A stretch of 64,000 bases of DNA from Chthoniobacterales bacterium (GCA_036824855.1 DAISZK010000001.1:345-64344), one strand, 5' to 3'. Shown: positions 9,272-20,355, numbered from the stretch's first letter. Made by a program: numbers and translations. The notes: generated by a model from the letters alone, not told the origin.

Positions 9272-10735
9272 TCACTCCTCCGCCGAGGAGGAGCCACGGA
9301 TGCCAAGACGCTCCAAGCGCTTGCGAAGAGTGGCCCGGGTAATTCCCAAAAGCTTGGAGGATCTGAGCTGGTTATTGCGGGTCAGTTCCATAGCCCTCCT
9401 GGTGAAGTCCTCCTCCACCCAGGGAAGGAGTTCGCGATCACCGCTTTCCCTGATCAGCGCCTCAAAGAGGGACTGGGCTGCCTCTTCGACACTCAGAACG
9501 TTCAGGGCAGTTCCTGAGACATGAACCGCATCGGCGACTTCAGAAGCGTTTGTTACCTGACCCAATGGGAGATCTTTGGGTAGTAGGACGTCGCTTGTCG
9601 CCAGCACGCAGGCACGCTGCAGGGTGTTTTGCAATTCGCGAACATTACCGGGCCAGGGATAAGCCTGCATGACCTTGATGGCTTCCGAGGAAAGCTGCAG
9701 AAGCGGACGATGCTGCTTCTGGGCGATTCGGGAGAGGAAATACTCGGCCAGCAATGAGATATCCTCGGAGCGAGCGCGGAGCGGCGGGAGATGAATGCCG
9801 ACCACATTGAGACGGTAATACAAATCCTCGCGGAATTCTTTCTTGGTAATTGCCTCCTCCAGATTCCTGTTCGTCGCGGCGACAATCCGGACGTTCGAGC
9901 GAATGGTGGCATTACCTCCGACGCGGGAAAACTCTCCCTCCTGGAGAACTCGGAGAAGCTTGCTCTGAACGGCCAGAGGCATCTCGCCAATCTCGTCGAG
10001 GAAAAGAGTGCCTCCATTCCCCTGCTCGAAGCGACCGATACGCTGAGTGGCGGCCCCGGTGAAGGAACCCTTCTCATGACCGAAAAGCTCGCTTTCCAAA
10101 AGGTTCTCGGGAATGGCTGCGCAGTTGATCGCAATAAGGGGTTTCTTGCTTCTCTCGCTGTAATTATGGATCGCGCGTGCGACCAACTCCTTTCCACAAC
10201 CGCTCTCTCCGGTAACCAGTACCGGGGCATCGCTCATCGCGACGCGACCCACCATTTTAAAGACAGACTGCATCGCCTCGGACTGACCGACAATATCGTC
10301 GTGGTACTGCTCGACCGTGAGTGCAGGTTTTGTCGGGGAAGCGGCGCGAAGTTCAGCCGCAGACTTCAGTGCGGTATCGACAACAACCTTCATGGTGAAG
10401 GGGAGCGATTCCTTGCGAAGGAAATCAAAGGCCCCAAGTTTCATTGACTCAATCACCGCCTGCGTTGTCCCGTAGGCGCTCATGATGATCACCATGGCAT
10501 TCGGGGACTCAGCGCGGATCTTGGCCAGGAGGTCGAGTCCCCCGGAAGGACGCAGATGCATCTCCGTAATCACCAGATCAGGTTTCTCCAGGCAGAAAAT
10601 CTTGAAAGCGTTTGCGGAATTTGTCTCCGTGATCACACGGACTCCCGAGGCCTTGAGTTGCTGGCGGACCCAGTCGAGAAAATCCGTCTCACTGTCGACG
10701 ACAAGCACGGTTTGGGTGGTCGGTGCACTACTCAT
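9272..10735 (-). CDS. Sigma-54-dependent response regulator (NtrC family: REC + AAA+ + Fis-type HTH)
   Basis: The receiver domain is VLVVDSETDF ... DLVITEMHL. AAA+ motifs are GESGCGKELVARAIH, ESELFGHEKGSFTGA and TLFLDEIGEM. The C-terminal HTH is SSKLLGITRATLRKRL. Confidence 0.9.
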   Translation of the reverse strand: MSSAPTTQTVLVVDSETDFLDWVRQQLKASGVRVITETNSANAFKIFCLEKPDLVITEMHLRPSGGLDLLAKIRAESPNAMVIIMSAYGTTQAVIESMKLGAFDFLRKESLPFTMKVVVDTALKSAAELRAASPTKPALTVEQYHDDIVGQSEAMQSVFKMVGRVAMSDAPVLVTGESGCGKELVARAIHNYSERSKKPLIAINCAAIPENLLESELFGHEKGSFTGAATQRIGRFEQGNGGTLFLDEIGEMPLAVQSKLLRVLQEGEFSRVGGNATIRSNVRIVAATNRNLEEAITKKEFREDLYYRLNVVGIHLPPLRARSEDISLLAEYFLSRIAQKQHRPLLQLSSEAIKVMQAYPWPGNVRELQNTLQRACVLATSDVLLPKDLPLGQVTNASEVADAVHVSGTALNVLSVEEAAQSLFEALIRESGDRELLPWVEEDFTRRAMELTRNNQLRSSKLLGITRATLRKRLERLGIRGSSSAEE

Positions 10736-10740
10736 AGTTA

Positions 10741-11481
10741 TCAGGAGGCGTTTGCGTTGATGGGAAGATTCTCAACGGAGGAGCCGTAACGTCGATCCCG
10801 CGAGGCATAGTCCATAATAGCTGCATGAAGATCCTCAGCCCCGAAATCGGGCCAGAGTTTACGGGTGACATGAATCTCCGTGTAGCTGAGCTGCCAGAGC
10901 AGGAAATTAGAAATTCTCATTTCCCCCGAGGTCCTGATCAGCAGGTCGGGATCCGGCATCGTCCGGGTGTAGAGATGACTGGATATTGTTTCCGCAGTGA
11001 TCTGGGAGGGATCGAGTTTCCGTTCTCCAACCTCTGCGGCGATGGAGCGCACGGCATCCACGATCTCATCGCGGCCACCATAGTTCAAAGCCAGAGTCAG
11101 CGTAAGTCGGGTATTCTGGGAGGTCTCCTCGATGGCCCGCTCCAGACGCTTCCGAGCAGGCCCCGGCAGGTCAGCAATCCTGCCGATCGTTGCGAGACGC
11201 ACGCCGTTCCTGTTCATCATGGCAACCTTTTCGGAAAGGAAGCGCTCCAGTAGCAGCATCAGTCCCGCTACCTCGTGGGCGGGACGCTTCCAGTTCTCCG
11301 TCGAGAAAGCGTAAAGGGTCAGGAACTCCACCCCTTCGTCAATGCAGGCCTCGCAGATCCTTTCCACATTGAGGGCTCCCTGCTCATGCCCTTTGAGACG
11401 GGGCCATCCCCTTTCCTTGGCCCAGCGACCATTGCCATCCATGATGATGGCGGTGTGACGCGGCACCTTGGATAGGGACAT
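10741..11481 (-). CDS. uppS: Di-trans,poly-cis-undecaprenyl-diphosphate synthase
   Basis: Motifs are HTAIIMDGNGRWA, LTLYAFSTENWKRP and RTSGEMRISNFLLWQ. The start is trimmed to ATG 11481 (MSLSKVPRH...). The track start at 11583 overlaps purA. Confidence 0.92.
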   Translation of the reverse strand: MSLSKVPRHTAIIMDGNGRWAKERGWPRLKGHEQGALNVERICEACIDEGVEFLTLYAFSTENWKRPAHEVAGLMLLLERFLSEKVAMMNRNGVRLATIGRIADLPGPARKRLERAIEETSQNTRLTLTLALNYGGRDEIVDAVRSIAAEVGERKLDPSQITAETISSHLYTRTMPDPDLLIRTSGEMRISNFLLWQLSYTEIHVTRKLWPDFGAEDLHAAIMDYASRDRRYGSSVENLPINANAS

Positions 11482-11521
11482 GGTGCTCACAAGAATGAAT
11501 CTAACTCGGATCTCTCCCTTG

Positions 11522-12895
<1,374 letters not shown>

Positions 12896-12950
12896 TCAGG
12901 ATGCCACGATGAGATTGAAAGGACTCCCCAGCTAAGGATACAAACAGCCT

Positions 12951-13364
12951 ATGGTACACCACTGGCTCGTGAAATCAGAACCCTCCGCCTACGCATGGGA
13001 GGATCTCGTGAAGGATGGCAAGACTGCCTGGACGGGCGTTCGGAACTTCCAAGCCCGGAATAACCTGCGTGCCATGAAAAAGGGAGATCTCGTCCTTTTT
13101 TACCAGAGCGTTAGCACCCCCTCGGTTCGAGGCATCACCCAAGTGGTCAAGGAAGCCTATCAGGATGGCACGGCCCATGAGGGAGACTGGAGTTGCGTCG
13201 ATCTCAAGATCGTGCGGAATCTCCCCATTCCAGTGACCCTTGCAGAAATCAAAGCCGATCCGAAACTCACGGAGATGGCATTGATCAAACAATCCCGCCT
13301 CAGCGTGATGCCCGTGACTCAGGAGGAGTATAAACGCATCCTTGAACGTGCCGGGATGAATTAG
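12951..13364 (+). CDS. EVE (PUA-like) domain protein
   Basis: The 137-aa protein begins HWLVKSEPSAYAWEDLVKDGKTAWTGVRNFQARNNLRAMKKGDLVLFY, the canonical EVE N-terminus. It is one of only two plus-strand genes in the window. Confidence 0.8.
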   Translation: MVHHWLVKSEPSAYAWEDLVKDGKTAWTGVRNFQARNNLRAMKKGDLVLFYQSVSTPSVRGITQVVKEAYQDGTAHEGDWSCVDLKIVRNLPIPVTLAEIKADPKLTEMALIKQSRLSVMPVTQEEYKRILERAGMN

Positions 13365-13376
13365 CTCCCCACCGTC

Positions 13377-15164
13377 TTATTCGTCCAAGACGGCAAGATC
13401 GCTGGCAGTCACTCGCAGCACCTCCTCGACGGAGGTTAGCCCCATGGAGGCTTTGCGCCATCCATCCTTTCTCAGGGGAATCATTCCATCCTTGGCGGCC
13501 TGTTCAGCAAGCTCATTTCCGGTAGCCCTTTTTTGGAGAAGCTCCTGCAAGGCATGGGTCACAAGACAGATCTCCATGATGGCCAGTCGCCCGGCATAAC
13601 CGCTCTGACGACAATGCTGACATCCAACGGGCTGTCGAAGACCGCCGGCCAACTCCATCGGAAAACCGATCCCCTCCAGTTCCTGGCGAGAAATTTCGGA
13701 TGGTTTGGAGCATTTCGGGCAGAGTTTCCTGACAAGACGCTGTGCAAGGAAGGCACGGACGGAGGAGCCGACAAGGAAAGGTTCCACGCCCATATCAATA
13801 AGACGGGTAATACCGCCGACAGCATCATTTGTGTGGAGAGTACTGAAAACAAGATGTCCAGTCTGCGCCGCGCGGATGGCGATCTCGACGGTCTCGCGGT
13901 CACGCATCTCACCGATCATCACGACATTTGGATCTCCACGCAGGATACTGCGCAAGGCGCTGGCAAAGGTCAGATCGATCTCAGGCTTCACCGCGATCTG
14001 AATGACCCCATCGATCTTGTGCTCCACAGGATCTTCGATCGTGATGATGCGGCGTTCCTTGACATTGAGAGCACTGAGGAAGGTGTAAAGCGAGGTGCTC
14101 TTTCCGCAACCGGTTGGGCCGGTTACCAGCACAATGCCATTCGGCATGGAAATCAGTGAGCGGATAATCTTCTCAACGCCCGCTTCCAACCCGAGGCGCT
14201 TGAAGTCGAACTGCTCGGCCCCTAACAAACGCAGGCTAACATTCTCTCCATGCACGCAGGGGATCGTGGCGACACGCACATCGATGGGCCGCCCCTTGTG
14301 CTCCAGCGCGATACGACCATCCTGCGGCAGGCGCCGCTCGGCAATATCGAGCGAAGCCATGATTTTAAGACGTGATGTGACCGAATCCTGAAGAACCTTG
14401 ATTCTCGGCGGAACAGGAGCCTCATGCAGGACACCGTCGATGCGGTATCGGATGCGAAGATCATGACCGAGTGGTTCGAAATGAATATCAGTTGCTCCCT
14501 GTTGCAGTCCCTCTCGCAGGATCTGATTCACGAATTTCATGACTGAGGCCTCGGGATCCTCGCCATCAAGGACATTGACCTCCTCTTTCTCGACAAAGGC
14601 CTCCTCATCGCGACCCTCGAGCAGTTCTTCAAAGGTTTCCGCTCCCACACCATAAGCTGACTTCACTGCTTCGGTGAGACGACGCCGCGTGGTCATGACC
14701 AGATGGACGGTTCCCGGATGATGGTGCGTGACTGCCTGCCATGCCGCATGGTCGAAGGGATCCCAAACAAGAAGACTGAGCTCGTCGGACGCCGTCGTCA
14801 CCTCTTCAACGGCTTTTTCAGAATCAATAAGTTTTTCCCTCGGTTGTTCGGGAAGAATCTGGAACCCAAGCGCCAGACGCGCAGGAAACGTCGAGCGAAC
14901 ATTCTCCGCTGGCTTCACTTCATCCTCTTCTCTCCAATCCATACCAAGCAGGGCGGCCAACTCCTTCATGAAATCATTTTCAGGAACGGTACCCGTCGCG
15001 ATGACAGCAGCCACTTGGGACTGCTGGGAAAAAGCCGCGCGGGAGAGAGCCTCGCGCACGGCATCCACATCCCCGCACCCGGCACTGACCGCCGCTGCGA
15101 GCAATAGCTCCGCCAACCCATTGGTGATGGGTTGAGAGGATGTTTCCGATGCCGGTGACATCAT
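13377..15164 (-). CDS. Type II secretion / type IV pilus assembly ATPase (GspE/PilB family)
   Basis: An N-terminal T2SSE_N-like region is present. Motifs are Walker A VTGPTGCGKSTSLY, Walker B VMIGEMRD, His box GHLVFSTLHTND, and the tetracysteine CPKC...CQHC. The start is set at ATG 15164 (the track start is TTG at 15179). Confidence 0.88.
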   Translation of the reverse strand: MMSPASETSSQPITNGLAELLLAAAVSAGCGDVDAVREALSRAAFSQQSQVAAVIATGTVPENDFMKELAALLGMDWREEDEVKPAENVRSTFPARLALGFQILPEQPREKLIDSEKAVEEVTTASDELSLLVWDPFDHAAWQAVTHHHPGTVHLVMTTRRRLTEAVKSAYGVGAETFEELLEGRDEEAFVEKEEVNVLDGEDPEASVMKFVNQILREGLQQGATDIHFEPLGHDLRIRYRIDGVLHEAPVPPRIKVLQDSVTSRLKIMASLDIAERRLPQDGRIALEHKGRPIDVRVATIPCVHGENVSLRLLGAEQFDFKRLGLEAGVEKIIRSLISMPNGIVLVTGPTGCGKSTSLYTFLSALNVKERRIITIEDPVEHKIDGVIQIAVKPEIDLTFASALRSILRGDPNVVMIGEMRDRETVEIAIRAAQTGHLVFSTLHTNDAVGGITRLIDMGVEPFLVGSSVRAFLAQRLVRKLCPKCSKPSEISRQELEGIGFPMELAGGLRQPVGCQHCRQSGYAGRLAIMEICLVTHALQELLQKRATGNELAEQAAKDGMIPLRKDGWRKASMGLTSVEEVLRVTASDLAVLDE

Positions 15165-15221
15165 TGAACTATCTCCCAAGATGGTTCTACCGCAAGTGCG
15201 CTCTTATCAGAAGGAGCGTTC

Positions 15222-16742
15222 CTACCGCCTCACGCTGTAATCGAACCAGTCGAAGAAGGCCATGTTTGTGCTCTCCCCGCCTCGCGCCGTGGCATAGAGG
15301 CCGAAATAAGCGCCAGTGTAGCCCCCTGCCACCTGGGTGGAGAGGTAGCGGGTTTCCCCGGTCGCCAATTCAATGAGATTCCCAGTGGCCCCAGCCAAGA
15401 GGCGGTAGGTCTTCTTGTCCGCAATGATCCGTAACTCGACAGGACCTTCAGCTATCGTTTGGCAGGCGACCTCGGCGATGAGAGTTCCGATGCGGCGACG
15501 AACGATCACAGAGCGCTTCCCTCCCCTCTGGGTAACGGCAACTTCGTAGTGATGCCTGTTATCAGCGAGGACACAGAGTCCGGCTTCTTCGTTCTCAGAA
15601 GTTGGATTAAAGTCTAGCAAGGTCGCAGCCTCACACTCGAAATGCTCCTGTCGACAACCAACAAAGGCGGGCGAGTCCTGATCATCGAGTGTCGGTTTTC
15701 CGCACGAGAGGCGGAGCGATCCCGGACGCTCTGAAAGGGAGTAGAGCGAGGGATCGGGGTTGCGAAGATGGTTCCAGGCAAAACCGAGCGAGGTAGCGTC
15801 AAAGTCATCACGCTCGGCAGATGCAGGCCACGGACACGGTGTCATGGGGCGATCGACCTCCATCGTGCAGAGAACCTTCTCCCCATGGTTCACGACGGGC
15901 CACCCGTCGATCCACTCGACGGGTGCAAGGTATGTCTCGCGGCCGAGGTGGTGCCAGGAGTACTCGCCATAGCGGTAGCCGAGGAAGACGATCCACCAGT
16001 TTCCATGGTGATCCTCAAAGAGATCGCCGTGACCGGTTGACTGAATGTCGTTCATCAGGCTCCGGTGAGTAAGGATGGGATTGTGAGGGCACGACTCGAA
16101 GGGGCTCGTCACACCATAAGGATCACGGGACCGGGCGATCGTCACCATGTGACATTCCGCAGTGCCCCCTTCGGCAAGCGTCAGATAGTACCAATCGCCG
16201 ATGTGGTAGAGATGAGGGGCCTCGGGATAGGACCCTCCCGTGCCGGGCCACAGAAATTTTGACTCAGTAAGCTGCTTGCCTGTGGCGATGTCGATCTCGC
16301 ACTGATAGGCACCTCTCACCGGCGCCCACCCGGTTCCGTTGCTCGTGAAGTAGACCTTGCCGTTGTCGAACAGCAGCGATGGATCGATCCCCTTTTGAGC
16401 CACCCAAATTGGATCCGACCATTCTCCCGAGGGGTCCTCGGTCCAGACATAGAAGTTCCCCCCACCGGTCATGTTGGTGGTGACCATGTAGAAGCGCCCA
16501 TCATGATACCGGATTGTGGGAGCGTAGATACCGTCAGAAGGTTTGACACCCTTCAACGGCAGCTGACTTTCTCTGGTCAGACAGTGACCGATCTGCCTCC
16601 AGTTCATGAGATCCCGACTGTGATAAATAGGAACTCCTGGGAAGTACTCGAAACTACTGTTCACGAGGTAGTAGTCCTCGCCGACTCGGCAGATGCTCGG
16701 ATCGGGATGGAACCCGGGAATAATGGGATTGGTGTATTTCAT
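15222..16742 (-). CDS. GH43 glycoside hydrolase (beta-xylosidase/alpha-L-arabinofuranosidase type) with C-terminal ConA-like domain; no signal peptide
   Basis: The N-terminus MKYTNPIIPGFHPDPSICRVGEDYYLVNSSFEYFPGVPIYHSRDLMNW is typical of GH43. YAPTIRYHDGRFYM and TLAEGGT blocks are present. The C-terminal tail ends FFDWFDY. Confidence 0.88.
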   Translation of the reverse strand: MKYTNPIIPGFHPDPSICRVGEDYYLVNSSFEYFPGVPIYHSRDLMNWRQIGHCLTRESQLPLKGVKPSDGIYAPTIRYHDGRFYMVTTNMTGGGNFYVWTEDPSGEWSDPIWVAQKGIDPSLLFDNGKVYFTSNGTGWAPVRGAYQCEIDIATGKQLTESKFLWPGTGGSYPEAPHLYHIGDWYYLTLAEGGTAECHMVTIARSRDPYGVTSPFESCPHNPILTHRSLMNDIQSTGHGDLFEDHHGNWWIVFLGYRYGEYSWHHLGRETYLAPVEWIDGWPVVNHGEKVLCTMEVDRPMTPCPWPASAERDDFDATSLGFAWNHLRNPDPSLYSLSERPGSLRLSCGKPTLDDQDSPAFVGCRQEHFECEAATLLDFNPTSENEEAGLCVLADNRHHYEVAVTQRGGKRSVIVRRRIGTLIAEVACQTIAEGPVELRIIADKKTYRLLAGATGNLIELATGETRYLSTQVAGGYTGAYFGLYATARGGESTNMAFFDWFDYSVRR

Positions 16743-16763
16743 GGAAAACGTGTTGGGGAGGAA

Positions 16764-18905
16764 TCAGTGCTGGGGACGATCGAGGATGTCGTAACCGAGT
16801 CCACCATCCTGCGGGTGATGCTTACCGGAGCGGTCTAGTTCCTCTTCGGATGGGAGCATTCTGCGGTACTCATCGACGTAGAGTCCGATCTTGTTGACCG
16901 GGATCGACTGGAATCCGGGAAGCTCCTTTGTAAGTTGGCTGTCACGTTTGATCCTGAAATCAAGCGCTACGGGATCCGAGAAACCGGGGTTGGAAGCGAC
17001 GGCAAGATTCGTGCCCGTGGCAAACGAGGGACAGGCGGATTGTTTTCCCTGGACGACATTTTGCCACACAAAAGGCCTTGGGCAGTTCACCGCGACATTG
17101 TCGGCGATCACTCCCTGGTGGGGAAGCAGGGTGGTGAACTCAAAGCCGGTCTTGCAGTCCATGGCTACGTTGTTTCTGCAGTCATAGAGTTGGGTGACGC
17201 CATCCTTACCCATATTGCCACCCTTAAACAGGTAGCCCGTCCCCCTCTTTCCGTCACTGTGGAGGTCGACGATGTTGCCAATGAGTTTCATGTCGGGGTG
17301 ATCGAAATCAAAGTAGATCCCGTCGCCGATCCGGGAGTCGTGCATGAAATTGTAACGGAACGTGACATTGCCGAAGTTTCGGACCCTCTGATCGTAGGCA
17401 TAGAACGCCCCAAGGTCGTTGGAGACTAGGCACCAGCGGAAGATCTCGTTGAACTCAAAAACACTGTCCATGCTTCCGTAGAGGATACCCCCGTGCGGTG
17501 TGTCGTGGATCAGGTTGTTGGCAACGTACATTCCGACAGCCGGATGATGCCCCCCACCCCCTCCTCCCGTGAAACCGGCATTCACACCAGGGGTGTAGAC
17601 CAGCGCCAGTTTTGAGAAATCGAAGATGTGGTTGTTGACCACGCGGTGTCCCGCCGGCACTCGAGGCACGGAGGTCTCGTTCCCTCCCCCAAGCCAGACT
17701 CCTCCCTCACCGAGATCATACAGGTCGTTGCTCTGGACAACATGCTCCTTACCCCCGTCCACCACGATGGCGTAGCGGTCGATATGGCGTACGGTGCACC
17801 CCGCCACCAAATTATGCTCCCCGCCGGTGATTCGGATTCCGTCGCCGAGGTTCGACTCGACGACAAGCCCTTGCAGGACGATATCGGAAGCCCCCTCCAG
17901 CGAGATCACCGGGGAAGACTGGTCGGCAAGCAGTATGGATGAGGTTCCGGTGTTTGTCGGCGGGTAGAGGTAGATCTTCCGATCCTTGAAATCGATACAC
18001 CAGTCACCCGGTTCGGAGACCTCCTCGAGTAGGTTAGTCAGCCAGTAGGCCTCGCGGCCGTTTCCAGCGGGACGGGTGTACTTGTTGCCGATTCCGCTTG
18101 GGATTGGTTTGGCAAAGGAGGCCGTACGAGCCGCCGGATCGATCGCCGCAACGCGCTGCCCTTGGACGACCCAGGTCACACGCCAGTATCCGCGGAGCCA
18201 GACGCCGCGGTCGAGTTGACGCTTCCAGACCTCGAATTTGGGTGCATCCTCCGTGCGATATACAAAGGTTCCTCCGGGGCCGTTCGGGTCCACTTTCTTG
18301 ACCGAGGCGGCGGGGTTCCTCCAATCGGTCGGCCCCCCTGCGTTATCAAGGACCTTCTCAAAACGCAGGTATCCGGTCTTCGGATAGCGGGAGAGAGGGA
18401 GTCTCATTCCGTTGAGGAAGAGATCGGGGATCCTGTGAAAACCGCTATCGTCAAAAACATCCGGGAAGGGACCCACGTTTTTCACCCCGAGTTTGTCGAG
18501 ATCGAGGCTCACGATCTTGCCCCTCAGAGCGGGAGCGATGCGGTCCAGGGTCGCCGGATTAGTCACGGGCACAAGATCTGCGGGAGACAGGCGCCTCCCG
18601 CCGAGCAGGCGCGGAGTCTGCCCGTCGAGCGCGCGCCAAATCACCGGATGCCCCGGCTTTCCGGAGTCCTCGGCGGTGAGTTTCAAGGACTCCCCGAAGA
18701 GGTAGTCGCCTCCGGCAACCCAGATGGTGATTTCCTGATCCTTCGAAAGTCCCCTGGCCGCATCGCGTGCTTTGGCGAGAGTTGCGAGAGGATGATCCTT
18801 GGAGCCATCCGCCGTGTCATCCCCCTTTGGCGAAACATAGAGGTCAGCCGCATGCAGCACGCCCATGGAGAGGCTGAGGAGGAGGCACGGAGTAATACGT
18901 TTCAT
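16764..18905 (-). CDS. Secreted right-handed parallel beta-helix protein (pectate-lyase fold); activity unassigned
   Basis: The protein has a signal peptide. The N-terminus LYVSPKGDDTADGSKDHPLATLAKARDAAR is typical of beta-helix CAZymes. Repeated PbH1-like turns occur (NLVAGCTV, VVQSNDLY, VVNNHIFD, VANNLIHD). Confidence 0.65.
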   Translation of the reverse strand: MKRITPCLLLSLSMGVLHAADLYVSPKGDDTADGSKDHPLATLAKARDAARGLSKDQEITIWVAGGDYLFGESLKLTAEDSGKPGHPVIWRALDGQTPRLLGGRRLSPADLVPVTNPATLDRIAPALRGKIVSLDLDKLGVKNVGPFPDVFDDSGFHRIPDLFLNGMRLPLSRYPKTGYLRFEKVLDNAGGPTDWRNPAASVKKVDPNGPGGTFVYRTEDAPKFEVWKRQLDRGVWLRGYWRVTWVVQGQRVAAIDPAARTASFAKPIPSGIGNKYTRPAGNGREAYWLTNLLEEVSEPGDWCIDFKDRKIYLYPPTNTGTSSILLADQSSPVISLEGASDIVLQGLVVESNLGDGIRITGGEHNLVAGCTVRHIDRYAIVVDGGKEHVVQSNDLYDLGEGGVWLGGGNETSVPRVPAGHRVVNNHIFDFSKLALVYTPGVNAGFTGGGGGGHHPAVGMYVANNLIHDTPHGGILYGSMDSVFEFNEIFRWCLVSNDLGAFYAYDQRVRNFGNVTFRYNFMHDSRIGDGIYFDFDHPDMKLIGNIVDLHSDGKRGTGYLFKGGNMGKDGVTQLYDCRNNVAMDCKTGFEFTTLLPHQGVIADNVAVNCPRPFVWQNVVQGKQSACPSFATGTNLAVASNPGFSDPVALDFRIKRDSQLTKELPGFQSIPVNKIGLYVDEYRRMLPSEEELDRSGKHHPQDGGLGYDILDRPQH

Positions 18906-18909
18906 AGAA

Positions 18910-20355
18910 TCAGTAGTTGAGGTCGATGACGGAAGCGATGGTGTCGGGAGCCTTTGAAGGAAGGCCCGAAACGGTCACACCTTTGTCATCCTGCGAGAGC
19001 GTCAGTTTCACAGCGGTATTGGCCAGAAGAGTCGCCTCCGTGATGTGATGGGCGAATGCAGGCACGCTGAACTTCCCGTCCGTCGGCCACTGAAAGATGA
19101 TCAAGTAAACGTGCCCTGGCTTTTGGGTGGCGCGCCACTGATTGCCCGAGGATATGAGAACCTTTGTTCCATAACCTGATTTCCCCTCCACCGCTTGTCC
19201 GAGTTCCTCTCCAAAGGGTGTGGCCGTCGTGCCGTAGATGGCCTCACCATTCACCTTCATCCAGACACCGACATCAGCCAGACGCTTCACGCTCTCGGCA
19301 GGAATTTCGCCATGCGAATCGGGTCCGACGTTCAGGAGATAGTTCCCTCCCTTACTGGCGATATCAGCAAGGTTCCTGATGATTGTTTCCGTGGATTTCC
19401 AATTGTGATCGTCCTTTTTGAAACCCCAGGTGTCGTTCAGGGTCATGCATGTCTCCCAATCCCTACCCGGAAATCCCTGGGGGGGGATGCGTTGCTCGGG
19501 GGTCTCGGTGTCGCCTTTGGTATCGCCGCCAAGACGGTTATTCTGAATGAGACCGGGCCGGAGTTTCTGGATGACAGCGTCAATTCTGGCAGCCCGCTCC
19601 TTGTTCATATCGATCGGGGTATCCCACCACACGACGGCAGGTGTGTCGGGACCATAGTTTGTAAGGATTTCCTTGATTTGAGGGATCGCCGTTTTATCGA
19701 CGTAGTCATCCATATTGTGATCCTGGGCTTTGTCCCACTTGCCCCCAGCTGCCGAGCCGCCATTGTTCCAGTCCTGAGCCTGGGAGTAATAGAAGCCAAG
19801 CTTGATGCCCTGCTTGCGACACTCCTCCGCAAGTTCCTTAAGGGGATCGCGTTTGAATGGGGTTGCCTGAACGATGTTCCATCCATTGACCTTGGTGTCG
19901 AACATCGCAAAACCGTCATGATGCTTTGAGGTGATGACGATATATTTCATGCCTGCGTTCTTGGCCGTGGCCACGAACTGGGATGCATCGAACTTATCGG
20001 CCGTGAAGTCCTTGGCGAACTCTTGATACTCTGTCATCGGGATCTTTCCCTTATTCATGATCCATTCGCCGATACCCTCGACCGGCTGCTCCTTATAATA
20101 GCCGGCAGGCACCGAGTAGACACCCCAGTGGATGAACATGCCGAATTTGGCGTTGCGCCACCACGCCATGCGGGCATCACGCTGGGATTTCGTTTCACCA
20201 GGGACGGAGGAAACGGGATGATTCGGATCCATGGCAGGAGGAGGGGTCGGCATCACCGTCGGGGTGGTGGCGCTAGGTTTCGAGTTCGTCACGGTGACGG
20301 CGGTAGCCAGCGCGGGACCTATAAACAGCAGGGCGAGGAGGATTGGGGTTTTCAT
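18910..20355 (-). CDS. GH29 alpha-L-fucosidase (paralog 1)
   Basis: The protein has a signal peptide. Motifs are WWRNAKFGMFIHWGVYSVPA and YIVITSKHHDGFAMFD, followed by a C-terminal beta-sandwich. Confidence 0.88.
   Translation of the reverse strand: MKTPILLALLFIGPALATAVTVTNSKPSATTPTVMPTPPPAMDPNHPVSSVPGETKSQRDARMAWWRNAKFGMFIHWGVYSVPAGYYKEQPVEGIGEWIMNKGKIPMTEYQEFAKDFTADKFDASQFVATAKNAGMKYIVITSKHHDGFAMFDTKVNGWNIVQATPFKRDPLKELAEECRKQGIKLGFYYSQAQDWNNGGSAAGGKWDKAQDHNMDDYVDKTAIPQIKEILTNYGPDTPAVVWWDTPIDMNKERAARIDAVIQKLRPGLIQNNRLGGDTKGDTETPEQRIPPQGFPGRDWETCMTLNDTWGFKKDDHNWKSTETIIRNLADIASKGGNYLLNVGPDSHGEIPAESVKRLADVGVWMKVNGEAIYGTTATPFGEELGQAVEGKSGYGTKVLISSGNQWRATQKPGHVYLIIFQWPTDGKFSVPAFAHHITEATLLANTAVKLTLSQDDKGVTVSGLPSKAPDTIASVIDLNY

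Noticed and set aside
12951-13364. The EVE-domain protein as part of an anti-phage defence system.
   Set aside because: No fused or adjacent nuclease, methyltransferase, McrB-like GTPase or other effector is present. The neighbours are purA and a secretion ATPase. The housekeeping single-domain form is the simpler reading.
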